A DNA stretch of 63,609 bases, filler included, from Globobulimina sp. (taxonomy: Eukaryota), in NCBI GenBank assembly GCA_003354225.1. It is 10 parts of 10 records of this genome, joined end to end, with 100 filler letters (N's around TTAATTAATTAA, not from the genome) between each part and the next. Parts side by side here need not be neighbours in the genome. Positions count along the whole stretch, not along the records: positions 25,533 to 31,807 come from PIVH01000324.1; positions 31,908 to 38,173 come from PIVH01000326.1; 8 more parts are not named here. One strand, given 5' to 3'. Of the stretch, positions 25,972 through 37,719 are shown in pieces; within the stretch, counting starts at the first letter, position 1; each line of letters opens with the position of its first letter. The position numbers and the translations under genes are program-made. A model generated the notes under the pieces. That model saw only the letters and a program-made list of their open reading frames with translations, ran no database searches and had not been told where the DNA came from.

Positions 25972-27294
25972 TTATAAGTTCAACTGAATTTGACGCAACA
26001 ATGCAAATCCGTGTTGGATCATATCTCTTCTTCTTTGAGTCAGAACATCGGCACCAAACGATTCAGGATAATCCAATTCATTCGGAAATGCAAATTCATT
26101 CCATCTAAATCCATACTTCGATGAACCGATAAAGCAATCAACTCTCAGACCATAACAACCAATATTCCTCGTCATCACTTCAGCCAATTTTATCATTTCA
26201 GGCCACACCTCATTCGATAAATACTTATCCAAAATACGTTTGTATTGCGCAACTCTGTCAAAATGCATTGAGCCAATATCATAAAAAAATCTCCTATCCC
26301 TTGTAATGACAACTGGTTCAGAACTAAATGGCGTTTTAATAACACCATAATAGAATTCCCCCCACACAATAAATAATCTGCATTCGATTGGTTTTTGATC
26401 CAAATGTTGTACCTCTGCATCATTTACATACTGTTCTTCAATAACAACGCCAGCCGTTTGCGAAGGTACATATGCAGCGGTTCTTGCCTTTTGATTCAAT
26501 CCCATTGCAATGAAACAGTCCAAAACATCTGTGTTTAGATCTAAATAGTTGGACAACTTCACAAATCCAGTTGATTGGGCCAAGTGTGTTGGCTTTAAAA
26601 TGTATTGTTTTGCTCCTTTGTTCATATCGCATATAATTTGTTGCAAAGTATTATTATCAAACTGTCCAGACTCCCATTCCGGTTTTGTAATATAAAATGG
26701 TCTCTGCATGAATGATAGCGGAGAAACGTCAGGCATTTCCTGCACAAATTTACGAGATAATAATTTGTTTTCGATTATATCAAACATAGAAATTCTGCCT
26801 GGATCTGAATGAGGTAGTTTCATCTGCAAATTTGTAATTGATTCCAGAGTCAGTGGTTTGGATAAATTTGTGAACTCAGGGATTTGATTTAAATCAAAAT
26901 CCGTATTTAATGCGAAATTTAGTACCATTTGTTCATTATAAAAGTGATAAATCAATGGTGAAGAGGTGGCATCAAATGGATGAGCTGCATCATAATCTAA
27001 TAAAGTTTGCATTAAATCTGGGCGAACATCAATTTGTGTGTTTGATAGTAATTGTTGGCGTGTTTCTGGATTAAAAAATGGAAACCATTCTTTTGAATCT
27101 CCGACATCTATGCCTTTGGCACCTTGGTCATAACGTAGTGATCTTGCAACAGACACAGATGAGATATCGATGTGTGTTCGCCTTGCTGGTGATTGTTGAT
27201 GGCCAGGCGTCGGTTCTTCAGGTGATTGTGGAGAAACATCAGTGGATGAGAGACATACTGCAATCATGCTTAATAACAACGACGATAGTAACAT
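25972..27294 (-). CDS. Secreted ATP-grasp protein (TupA-like)
   Basis: Signal peptide; ATP-grasp motifs ENKLLSRKF, YILKPTH, VVIEEQY, ECRLF, LRVDCF..WNEF. Confidence 0.65.
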   Translation of the reverse strand: MLLSSLLLSMIAVCLSSTDVSPQSPEEPTPGHQQSPARRTHIDISSVSVARSLRYDQGAKGIDVGDSKEWFPFFNPETRQQLLSNTQIDVRPDLMQTLLDYDAAHPFDATSSPLIYHFYNEQMVLNFALNTDFDLNQIPEFTNLSKPLTLESITNLQMKLPHSDPGRISMFDIIENKLLSRKFVQEMPDVSPLSFMQRPFYITKPEWESGQFDNNTLQQIICDMNKGAKQYILKPTHLAQSTGFVKLSNYLDLNTDVLDCFIAMGLNQKARTAAYVPSQTAGVVIEEQYVNDAEVQHLDQKPIECRLFIVWGEFYYGVIKTPFSSEPVVITRDRRFFYDIGSMHFDRVAQYKRILDKYLSNEVWPEMIKLAEVMTRNIGCYGLRVDCFIGSSKYGFRWNEFAFPNELDYPESFGADVLTQRRRDMIQHGFALLRQIQLNL

Positions 27295-27382
27295 AATGAG
27301 ATTTGTTTAGACACACTGGCAGCGCGATAATGCGAAAGCAAAACCGCAGCTGTGTCGCCATTTTAAGAATGTGGGTTGCAAG

Positions 27383-27471
27383 TTGCAACCGTTCAATCAC
27401 ACAGTGTTAATATTAGATGAAAGGCACTTGCAACCGTTCAATCACACAGTGTTAATATTAGATGAAAGGCA
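27383..27471. repeat. Perfect 44-bp direct tandem duplication (period 45)
   Basis: TTGCAACCGTTCAATCACACAGTGTTAATATTAGATGAAAGGCA at 27383-27426 and 27428-27471. Confidence 0.95.
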
Positions 27472-28698
27472 TTATACCATATGATGCTCTTTAACAGCTC
27501 GTACAGCTCCTTTCTCATAAAAATCATCTCTGTTCAACCAAAATTCTTTACTATCCTTCATAATATCCGCTAACACAGAAGCACCTAAAAACACCATATT
27601 CTCTCTTTTCACTGGATTCTTAATCTTTACTCTAAACCTTAATAACCGGGATCTATCCCCTCGCGCCACACGTTGCACCCATGCATCTTTTATATCCTTT
27701 TCTAAACGAGATGAAAATCCATGAAAATATGTGTTTCCTCCACATAAAATAATATGCCTAAAAAACTCCGATCTTAATTCTATATCACATTTCTGAATAC
27801 AACCAAATAACATATTACCCACACCATTTGCCGATATGCCTGCTTTGGACGGTTCAAACAAAACCTCCAATGCTTCAAACCGCTCCCTATTCACATTTAT
27901 AATTCTTCCATCCGGCAATTTATAGTGTTTACTCAAAGCAACAGTCTGTTTGGCTAAATTTCTCTCTTTATCTAAATCATAAGCAATATAACACAACTGC
28001 TCCTTCATTGTATTGATAGCCTTAAAATCAACGCATCGATGTAAACCAACATATCCGTTCAGCTGCAAGAGTGAAATAAGTTGTTTTGTAACATGTCTGC
28101 CACCAATATTCAATCTGTGTATACGTGCCGGCAAAGCATACCCTTCGTAGATTGGAACACATTCAGTTGTTCCAGCACCGGAATCCAATACAACTCCACT
28201 TAACAACCCCTGCGAATATAATATTAAAACTTGTTTTGGAACCAATATAACTGATTCAAATCCATATTCATCAAACATATATTCATAGATTTTTCTTTTG
28301 TGTTCAAACGGAATTAAAAGTGTTTCTGATAATAATATTTTAGATTTGGGCATTATGTTTTTGTTATCGAATTGTAAGCAATCATGAAAGGAATAATCCC
28401 ATAGTGATTTCATGCCATTCCAATTACGAATGCATCCATTTTCTATTATGTTATCAAAGGTTGTGTTGCTATCTTTTGAGTTTCTGATTGTTGAAGAAAA
28501 TGAGAATTCGGGAAAATTTGAACCGGCAAATCCAATCTGTGTCAATTGTGAACCGTTGCAACAAACAATATTTGGGCGAGAGAAATAATATATTATCAAT
28601 TGCATCAATTCGGCTGGGAAATTATTGACCAAGTCCAATGAGCATAGGATGTGCTTGATAATCAGCTGTAATTTGGTGCCATACAAAATGGTGCTCAT
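27472..28698 (-). CDS. Divergent actin-related protein 2 paralog, intronless
   Basis: Arp2-typical LYSQGLLSGVVLDSG, KEQLCYIAYD, LAKQT..YKLPDGRII, RERFEALEVLFEP, FSSRLEKDIK, MVFLGASVLADIMKD. Confidence 0.85.
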   Translation of the reverse strand: MSTILYGTKLQLIIKHILCSLDLVNNFPAELMQLIIYYFSRPNIVCCNGSQLTQIGFAGSNFPEFSFSSTIRNSKDSNTTFDNIIENGCIRNWNGMKSLWDYSFHDCLQFDNKNIMPKSKILLSETLLIPFEHKRKIYEYMFDEYGFESVILVPKQVLILYSQGLLSGVVLDSGAGTTECVPIYEGYALPARIHRLNIGGRHVTKQLISLLQLNGYVGLHRCVDFKAINTMKEQLCYIAYDLDKERNLAKQTVALSKHYKLPDGRIINVNRERFEALEVLFEPSKAGISANGVGNMLFGCIQKCDIELRSEFFRHIILCGGNTYFHGFSSRLEKDIKDAWVQRVARGDRSRLLRFRVKIKNPVKRENMVFLGASVLADIMKDSKEFWLNRDDFYEKGAVRAVKEHHMV

Positions 28699-28732
28699 TA
28701 TGTTAGTAATGTTACTAGGACGACAAAAATAA

Positions 28733-31163
28733 TTATTGAAAGGACAAAGTTTTTGGCCAATTAACTTTTTTATTATAGATATCAACACAAAAGTAAGGAA
28801 AATGCCATGTTTGATTATTTTTTATTCTGCACTCAATTGGTATGGAATATTGCGCACAAACAAAATCATTCCAATATAGCTCACATAGAGGTAATAATGC
28901 ATCATCCACAAATTTATAGGTCACTCTTTTATTAATATAATTGATTTGGTTTTCATGTGTCGAATTCAATAAACTTTTTTTCAGATAAATGTTTAATTTT
29001 TTTGTGTCATTTATATATTTAACACTTTGTTCAATTTCTTCTGTTTTCCCTACAAATGATGGAATAAAACATTGCTGATTGGTACATACAGACAAATATA
29101 ATGGCGCAAAATGTTGATAATAAACAAAAGATTTCATACTGTTTTGTTCAAATATTTCTGTGCCATTTTTAATTTTCTCATAGAAATATTTTATCCACAA
29201 TAAATAATCAACTTCCTCTTTATTACTATTTATATTCTCATTTCTTCCAATATTAATATTAAATTGCTGATATAATTTATATTTCATTTTTCTTGGTACA
29301 TAATCATGTAAGAAATTATACGATGACTCAAATCTTTCAATAGGATCACGGACAAATAACATTGAAAAATATTCATTCTGCCGATTCAATAACTTTTCCA
29401 CATCATTATCCGTACAAATATGGTCACCACAGCTGTAATGCCACAGTTTAGATCCATACAAATCAACACCAAATCCACATTCTGTAATATCAATCATTTC
29501 TCGTGTCGTTTTTGATGCAGTCTTACATTAATAAGCAACGTATGTATTGGAGATTTGGTACAATATTGGATCAATATATCCAAATATTCCACATTTTGCA
29601 CCAATACATATGTCCTTATACTACCTTAAGTGTTGTAAAATAAATAAATTTACATTTATCACTGATATAAATACGCGTAAATTTCCTCTTTCGTACTTTC
29701 CAAACATCATTCATTGAATATGAGTATGAATAATGTATTGTATCCCCAATCGAATCTCGATCAGCACAAACTGTCCAATCATCATTTAAATAGTTCCTAT
29801 CATTCGACTGCATATAATTAGCAACCACGCGGCCAATCTTACAGACCAGCTCACCGCCAACAATCTTCTTACTCTCATTATAAATCCCATAAATTGTGTT
29901 TTGTTTCTTTAATCTCATTAAAATCGCCTTCCATTCGTTCCTCTGACTCGCACTATTAATATCTGGCAAATATTCTTTGTATAAACTTTTATTATTTGCC
30001 ACATTTACTAAATGCTGTAACAATTCCTCCAAATTGGCATAATCAGCCATATCAATGTAAGTATTCTTTGCTAAAAACAGTGAATAATTGGGCAACTTTA
30101 CTCCGTTGACTTTTTTTGTCATCACAATGGGAATCGTTTGACTCAGCAATGCTTTCAGTAATTTCTCACTTACATAATCCACACAATTTGAGTTTTCCAT
30201 CGAAACATAAAATTTGTATTTAGCTATCCTTGTCAGTGCATTTATTGTCCGTTTGGTGATGAGAGGATCATAATAATTATTCAAGCATTTCCCGTATGAA
30301 TGATATTCGATGTTGTTCAATGAAAGAAAATTAAACAAACGCCGTAGAATAAGCTGTCTGTTATTTGGAGCTTTACAATTCGAGCCAATCCATGCTAGCA
30401 AGGTATGGTTCAATTTCATGTCAAAAAGCGCATCAAAGTCGGTTTCTGCATTCTGTTGAAGTATATGTGTGATATCTCGATATGAGATGTATGGATCAAA
30501 GATATGCTGCTTGCGATACAGCTGCAGGTTCCTATACATATGCAGCGGGAATTGATAATCCATTTTAATATTGAAATTTGACAGACAGTCATTAGTGGTA
30601 CATTGAGGAAACCAAAGCGGAGACTCTGTGCTCTGTAAAATTAATACTTTATGCGACAGCTCTTTGATTTGTTGTTTTTGGGTATCGTCATAATAAACGT
30701 TTGGACGATGATACATTATCGCCACTGATTTATTGTGCCAATATTCAAAATATCCTTTCTTGGGTGCTATAATTTTCACTGTTATGTCTTTGTCAAAAAT
30801 ATTGCATACTGTTGGTACTTGGATGATGTTCTTTTCTTTGTATCCAAGATATGATTTTCGTGGTGTACCGTGGTACACATTTGTCTCGTATGTGATAACA
30901 AGCTCGCCGTCTTCATTCAGGTAGTTTATTTTTTTATTGTCAATGATGTTGTTAAATAAAGTTGGCGCCTCTTGGTTTTCTTGATGCAGTGCTTGCGTTG
31001 GATCAGTTGTGTGATCGTTGGATATGTAGCTAAGGACTAGTTGATGCGTATCGCGGTTGTCAAAAATGTAGCGTAGAACGGATGTAGACACTAAAAATAT
31101 GCAGATCAATAACAATCTGGCAATGATTTGATTTAGAGACCACTTATTTAGAGACTTTGCCAT
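28733..31163 (-). CDS. GT10 alpha-1,3-fucosyltransferase-like plus carbohydrate sulfotransferase fusion, 2 exons
   Basis: N-terminal TM; GT10 motif YKFYVSMENSNCVDYVSEKL. Intron 29522-29624 gives ISDKCKFIYFTTLK|TASKT (5'-PSB-like), then FVRDPIERFESSY (3'-PB) and FVGKTEEI. Confidence 0.8.
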
Positions 31164-31213
31164 TATCTAAAAATTTTGATGTTTTCTTAAGTTTGAAGTG
31201 AACACAATCATAT

Positions 31214-31807
31214 ATGGCAACACACGAACCTCATTTGCAAAAAATACAATCATTGAGCACGGATGCGACACCACCACCACCACAGAATAAGAAATCACCA
31301 CCGAAAATGTCGGTTCGTATCGACACATATCGTGGTGTAAATGCATTTGATCGAAGAGCCTTATCTTGTTACGAAATAATCAAAATGATACTGATGGTTA
31401 TTACTGGAATTGTTATTATACGAATTATATTGCTCTTGCTGTTTGGAATATTGTTATATTTACTATCAATTCCTGTTACTTGTTGCAATAAACACTTGCA
31501 TACCAAACCGTTATCGTGTTGGAGGTACACTAAATGTATACAATTGTTTTTAACACATAACACAGAAACGGTTCATTTTATTGTTTTTAACACAGAAAAC
31601 CGTTCCAATGGATAATGTATTTGTTGGTAAGAATGCTTTTATTTGTAATTGGATTTTATTATATCGCTACCACAGATATCAATAAATTCCGACACTCAAA
31701 ATGCCGCATAATTGTTGCCAATCATCATACTATATTTGATGGCTTTATATTATGGTGGTTATGTAAAGGAACTGCAGCGGGCAAAATAGAAAACAAATAC
31801 ATTCCGC
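31214..31807 (+). CDS. Lysophospholipid acyltransferase (LPCAT-like), 5' part
   Basis: TM helix; intron 31525-31595; PlsC motif IVANHHTIFD. Confidence 0.8.
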
Positions 31808-31907
31808 NNNNNNNNNNNNNNNNNNNNNNNNNNNNNNNNNNNNNNNNNNNNTTAATTAATTAANNNNNNNNNNNNNNNNNNNNNNNNNNNNNNNNNNNNN
31901 NNNNNNN
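31808..31907. other. Artificial contig linker
   Basis: N44-TTAATTAATTAA-N44. Confidence 0.99.
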
Positions 31908-34419
31908 TTATTTGCGCTTCACACATAAGTTCATCTTTTGATGGTACATATTCTTTTAATTTGTCTAATATTCCATCCGCCAAAACAAAGAATTTATCCA
32001 AATTATCATTTAACTGCTTCCCATCCACTCTCATATGCTTTTCTATCCATTGCATGCTTCCATTTTCTTTATTAAATGATATATCCAACAACGAACGTAA
32101 TTGTTTTTTTAATAAATCAGGTTTTCTTTTAATGTCTTTATGAACATAATTACCGGTTTCCTTATCAACGTCATAAAACGGCAAAAATCTCCAACCATTG
32201 TTACAAATATATTTAGTAGCATTTACAATATATTTCAACTCATTTTTGGTCAATGTATAATGTAAATTGATGCGAAAATATCCAGGACGCGCCAACTCAT
32301 TCTCATTATCCCGCATTTGATGCAAAACATGATCAACTTCCTCGTTATCCATATTCAACGCCTCCAGACCATACATACCGGCACAAGCACAGCCGCCGCG
32401 ACCTTGGATACCAAACAAATCATTAAATAACGCCGCAATAAAATTATAATGCAAATATTTCGTCTTCGTACAGCCAAATCCCTCCTTCTTGCAATATTTG
32501 ATTAAAAATGATAAAACCGGCAATCTCTCACACTGTGAATGGCCCATTAAAACTAAATTATTTTCTCGTAATTCTTTGGTTTGCTCCATAAAATAATCTA
32601 AATACTTTTTCTCTGTTTCTTCAATAAATGGCGTAGATAAATGGTCTTTTACCATAAAGGCGAAAGCCGCCCTCACACTGCCAATGATATCCGGCGTGCC
32701 GCCTTCTTCTCTCTCTTCTATGTTATCCAAATACTGCCATTCTCCATCCTCAATGCCAAACGCTACAAATACAGTGCCGCCGCCTGGTACAACCGGCACA
32801 TAATTGGAAAATAAATGTTTCTTTGCGCATAATATGCCGGGTGAACCAGGACCAGCTAAATATTTATGTGGCGATATAAAGACAGCATCTTTCGACAACA
32901 AATCATTCTCTTTATTGGTCATCGTAACGTCCAAATACGGCGCAGCAGTCGCATAGTCCCAAAACGATAACGCGCCATATTTGTGCAGTAATAATGTGCA
33001 GTCATCAATGGGCGCGATAATACCTGATATATTTGAGGCCGCCGTGAACGAACCAATCAGCAAATTATATTTGTTTTTGATGTAGGACGAGGTATAAATC
33101 TTCAGTTTCTGCTCCAAATATTTTAAATCTAAGGCTCCTTTTTCCGCATCTTCGGGGATGACAATAATTTTACAGCCTAATTCTTTCCAGATAAATATGT
33201 TTGAGTTATGTTCGTAAATAGAGATAAAAACAACGGTTGTTTCTGGTTTATACGACTTACCGATGGATTGCATCAATATTCTGCTCATTTTGTAAATGGC
33301 GCCAGTCACTCCAGAGCCGGTAAATATAATTACATCAGAATCCACGTCGCCGCCCACTGATTGCAATATTATGGAGCGAGCCTCTGATCGAAATTTGCTT
33401 GTTTGGATGCCGGTGATTGAGGTCGTTGTATGTGTATTGGCATATAATGTGTACATCTCTTCACTTAAATATCTTTCTACACATTCTAATGGCTTCCCAG
33501 ACGCGGTCCAATCACAATATATGACCGGACGAACACCAAATGCTGATTCGAATACCTCTGTCGATGCATATATGTAAAACACAAAAGTTATTTGTTATTT
33601 GTTACAGTAAACATACCATTCTGTCCATAACAGTTATCATGGAAATATCGAACCACTTTCATTTGCTTTGAGGTTGGCACTGCTTGCGACTTAATATCAT
33701 GTTCATCAATTTCAACACTTTTAACATCTCCAGAATCAGTTGATTCGTTGATATTGTTTAACAAAAACATGGATTGTTTATAATTTTTTACAGTTTCCAC
33801 TTGAAACTGCTTTGAAAATATAGTACCGAATGATCGGACACGTCGAAAGAAAATAGGTGGCTCATCTTGCACGCTCATTGAATCTTGTTTTGATTTCTTA
33901 CGTTTGTGTTTATTTTTTGATGATTTTGAGGATTTGAATGAACTATTTCTGACTAGAGATGGTCGGATATTTATATTGGTTTTAGAGGTTTTTGTATATT
34001 GTGAATTATAATCATCGTTGTTGACATTGGTTGTTACAAAATCTTTGAGCCATTCTTTGAGCGATTGCTGTATTTTTCTTATTTTCTCGATAAATATTTG
34101 TATTTCTTTAATGCTGACTGCAATGGACCGTTTGTGGGGATTTTTGGATCGTAAAAACGTTTTAATTTTACTCTCATACATTTCCCAGTTGCGCCATTCC
34201 AGAGAATATTGTCTAATTAGATTTCCATTTTATATAAATATTGTAAATGCAAAAGCGAATATTATACCTTTTCAGTGATTGATATGTTTTTAGCATAGAA
34301 TCAATATCATTGAACAATATGGCGGGTGTATCAACAGCATTTAGTTCATCTAATTGCTTCCTATACGATTCAACATATGGGGAAGTTACAGCGTAATTAG
34401 TAGTAGATGACGTTCTCAT
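31908..34419 (-). CDS. Aminotransferase class V / cysteine desulfurase-like PLP enzyme with N-terminal extension, 3 exons, 3' truncated
   Basis: YCDWTASG, YANTHT, EHNSN, SPHK (PLP lysine), EEGGTPDI, RGGCACAG. Confidence 0.85.
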
Positions 34420-34632
34420 ATTAAAGTACTAGAATAAGTATACTGTTTTTCGCAGAAAAACTTATCTTTATAGTTATTTACCCTGACGGTTATGCACAGC
34501 TAAAGGTAAAACTTCCACCCTATTTCAGGACATGTGAGGTATTAAATATATTGTTAGAGTTAATTGAAATTGTCATCCCCCACCACCCCAAAACAAAATG
34601 AATTTAAATAAAGGTAAGTCAGTATAACAAAA

Positions 34633-37317
34633 TCATTCCATATCACTTTTACTATCAACATCCATCTCATTATAATTAGAAATCGGAGATAATGTAACTC
34701 GACTTTTTTTATATCTTTTTTTATTTGGTGTCACATAATTTAATTTGGGTATTTTCGGTCTTACAATGCTCGTCTCACCATTTACACCTTCGTCTCTTTG
34801 CCTTTTTCTTGGATTCACTGACAACGAAGAAACTGATACGGACTCTTCCGCCGCAACTCCATCACTCATTATATCCGTAATCAAAAATGATGTTTTCTCC
34901 GCATTATTAGCCACGTCCTCATTATTGATATTATTCTTAAATTTTATTGAAATTGGTCTCTGTTTGGTCGCTAACAAAGTACGAACATAACCCACTGATT
35001 TACCAATCACATCAATACCATCAATGCCTATAATTTGTGCATTATCGCAGACGCGGGGATCACTGTGACAATGTCGGATGAAACAATTCTTATTTTTATC
35101 CCCGCAGTACATGCGAAATCCTAACTCATTTTCGCTAAAATCTATCTCTATTTCGTCCGACACAAAATACGGTGAACTTGATTGCGACTTGCTTGATTTT
35201 GACGAAATATATGTACTCAAACTATGATGGCTGCTGTCTACGCTATCACTGCCATTACGATCTGGTTCTTGTGTTGCATTAAATTGTTCGATTAGAATTT
35301 GCAAAGGTTGGGTTTCAATAAAATTGGTTGGATAAATGACATTTTGTTTGGTTGGGGTCACGCCGCTTTTCTTGTACTTTGATATTTGATATTGTTGGCA
35401 TTCGCTTTTTATAATATTCAAATTATTGGACAGATTATTAAAATATTTGTTTGTATGTTCATTATTATATTTACTCATACTTTCGTTATAATTATCCATT
35501 GATTTTAGATGTTGATTCAATAATTTCTCACTGTTTACAAAATTCTCGTTTTGGAGGTTTTGATTATTTTTTATTATTTCCGCATCATATTCGTTGCATT
35601 TATTGTTAAATATATTTAAATCATTTACTATCTTATTGGCGATGTACGCATTATTTTCAGTGTGTGATTTATTGATTGTGTCGCTTAAATTTTTCATATT
35701 TAGATTAATTTTGTGGGACCAGTCACAAATTGTGTTCTCGGAAATATTTTTGATATTTGCATGCAATGAATTTATTGATTTGTTCTTGTTGAATGCGTTT
35801 GTTTTGTTGTTGTTATTCCGATTTATATCATATTTATTAATCACGTCATTCAAAGAACTAATATGATTTTCATTTAGTTTCTTATGTTGCGCTGACATAA
35901 CTTCTTTAAAATTATCATATTTTGATTCAAAGGCAGTGCGTTGTTTATTTGCAATAAACTCAAATATTTTATTCATTTCATTCGCCGCATATTGTTTGCA
36001 TTCATTCGCCACCATTTCCTGAGATTTTTTCCATTCATTTAGATATTCACTGTGCTTATTTTCATATAAATCCATATCTTTGCTCATTTCGGTTATAATC
36101 ATATTCAAATTCTGTGTAAATTGATTGTTTTCGTTTTCCTGTTTATTATACATTTTATTTAAATTATCATTCAATTCATTTAATTTGCATTGCAAAGCCG
36201 TCATTTCCTTATTTATATTCGTTATGAAATTAGGGATTACATCAGACTCAATCTCTCGATATTTATCTACAATTTTGTGGTGATTATTTTTATTTAAATC
36301 TATAAATTCACTCAATTGCGTATTGCACAAATTGGTTTCAATATAATTTCTCCGCAACTCCTGCGATTCCAATATCTTTTTACAATTTACATTATCATTA
36401 AACTGATGCATAGAATTTATAATATTTAATATGTTATTTACATTTCCATTCGCATCGTTGATAAATTTACAATTTTTATTAATTTCCTCATCATAATTTC
36501 GCTTAAAATTATGCAAATTGTTTTGTATAAACAACAATTTACTCAAAATATTATTTTTCTTATCATCCCAATTCAGAATATTATTACTTTCGATATTCGC
36601 GCGTTGATCAATTTTTTCATGCAACACATCCCGATGCAATATCGTATTCTTCAGCACATCCTTAACATTCTCCGCTTGCTCCCGTAATATCCTCTCATTG
36701 TTCACATACTGCGTCACGGCAAATTCATTCCGCTTCAATTCTTGCGTCACACTCATTAACTTCACCGACAACTCATTCAATTCAACAATTAACGCATTCT
36801 TCCCTTCCAACTCAATGTGTAACTGCTCGTTGGTTTTGGTAAACAGCTCATTCATTTCAATCAGTTTATTCTTCTCCACTTCAAACAACGCGTTGACTTT
36901 CTCAATTTCGCCGGACTGCTCCTCCAATTTCTTACACATACTCTCATACTGCTTCGGCGGCAGAATAATGCCCTTCTCGTTCCGCAACGCATCAATCTGT
37001 TTCTTATAATTATTAATCAGAACTTGCAGCTCCTTCACGTACTTCTCCTTCGTCATCGACACATTCAGCTGCGGCTTATTCGTGATATTCTTGGCTCGCA
37101 ACGCATAGTCCAGTGTACTCAGCGTCTGTTCCAATGGCGAATTGGGCGATATCGTCGCAATTAGCAACGTCTTATTCCTCCCACCCAACGACTCCTGCAA
37201 CAAACGGGTCAGTTTGCTCTCTCTGTACGGAATATGCTGTCGTCGCTCCACCAAGGCAGAGATGACGCGGCCCAACGTCAACAAGCTAGTGTTGATATGC
37301 CCCGCCTCTTTGGCGCG
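34633..37317 (-). CDS. Kinesin-5 (BimC/Eg5) partial: end of motor, stalk, BimC box, PDZ-like tail
   Basis: [55 protein letters not shown], long coiled coil, BimC-box-like SGVTPTK. The N-terminal motor is missing. Confidence 0.9.
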   Translation of the reverse strand, partial: RAKEAGHINTSLLTLGRVISALVERRQHIPYRESKLTRLLQESLGGRNKTLLIATISPNSPLEQTLSTLDYALRAKNITNKPQLNVSMTKEKYVKELQVLINNYKKQIDALRNEKGIILPPKQYESMCKKLEEQSGEIEKVNALFEVEKNKLIEMNELFTKTNEQLHIELEGKNALIVELNELSVKLMSVTQELKRNEFAVTQYVNNERILREQAENVKDVLKNTILHRDVLHEKIDQRANIESNNILNWDDKKNNILSKLLFIQNNLHNFKRNYDEEINKNCKFINDANGNVNNILNIINSMHQFNDNVNCKKILESQELRRNYIETNLCNTQLSEFIDLNKNNHHKIVDKYREIESDVIPNFITNINKEMTALQCKLNELNDNLNKMYNKQENENNQFTQNLNMIITEMSKDMDLYENKHSEYLNEWKKSQEMVANECKQYAANEMNKIFEFIANKQRTAFESKYDNFKEVMSAQHKKLNENHISSLNDVINKYDINRNNNNKTNAFNKNKSINSLHANIKNISENTICDWSHKINLNMKNLSDTINKSHTENNAYIANKIVNDLNIFNNKCNEYDAEIIKNNQNLQNENFVNSEKLLNQHLKSMDNYNESMSKYNNEHTNKYFNNLSNNLNIIKSECQQYQISKYKKSGVTPTKQNVIYPTNFIETQPLQILIEQFNATQEPDRNGSDSVDSSHHSLSTYISSKSSKSQSSSPYFVSDEIEIDFSENELGFRMYCGDKNKNCFIRHCHSDPRVCDNAQIIGIDGIDVIGKSVGYVRTLLATKQRPISIKFKNNINNEDVANNAEKTSFLITDIMSDGVAAEESVSVSSLSVNPRKRQRDEGVNGETSIVRPKIPKLNYVTPNKKRYKKSRVTLSPISNYNEMDVDSKSDME

Positions 37318-37587
37318 GTGGAGACGACCGGCATCGGTGGTGATCAGCAGGTCGGCAGGGGAGTTTCGTCCCTCGCTTTTTAGGCGTTGGAGCAGGGCAT
37401 CGGCCTTGGCGGTGACCAAATTGACCCTAATACCGCTATTTTCGGTAAACTTGGTCAATAGCGGTTTAATTAGCGCCTCTTTTCGAGCCGAGTAGAGATT
37501 GACGATATCGGTGGCCATCAGGCTGTTTGAGCCCACCAGCAGGGCGGTGATAATGGCGGTTTGAGTGAGACCTTTTTTTAATTTCAT
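37300..37587 (-). CDS. Bacterial Fe(III) ABC transporter substrate-binding protein (FutA/FbpA-like), N-terminal fragment
   Basis: Signal peptide, then [44 protein letters not shown] upstream; higher GC. Confidence 0.9.
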
Positions 37588-37613
37588 GGTGATTCCTAAT
37601 AATGGCTCCTAAA

Positions 37614-37664
37614 TAAGAATGATTCGCATAAACCCTATAGTAGGATTAATGAGAATGAATATCA
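37614..37664. promoter_or_regulatory. Two Fur-box-like sites
   Basis: TAAGAATGATTCGCA (37614-37628) and TGAGAATGAATATCA (37650-37664) resemble the 7-1-7 consensus TGATAATnATTATCA, upstream of an iron-uptake gene. Confidence 0.7.
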
Positions 37665-37719
37665 ATAGAAAATCGGTTTTTTTCCCCACCGATCGCAGCG
37701 GTTCGGGGCTGAGGCTGTT

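Noticed and set aside
34633-37587. 984-aa secreted iron-binding kinesin as a genuine novel protein
   Set aside because: Both halves are truncated and the switch falls exactly on a shared short word; best explained as a chimeric assembly.
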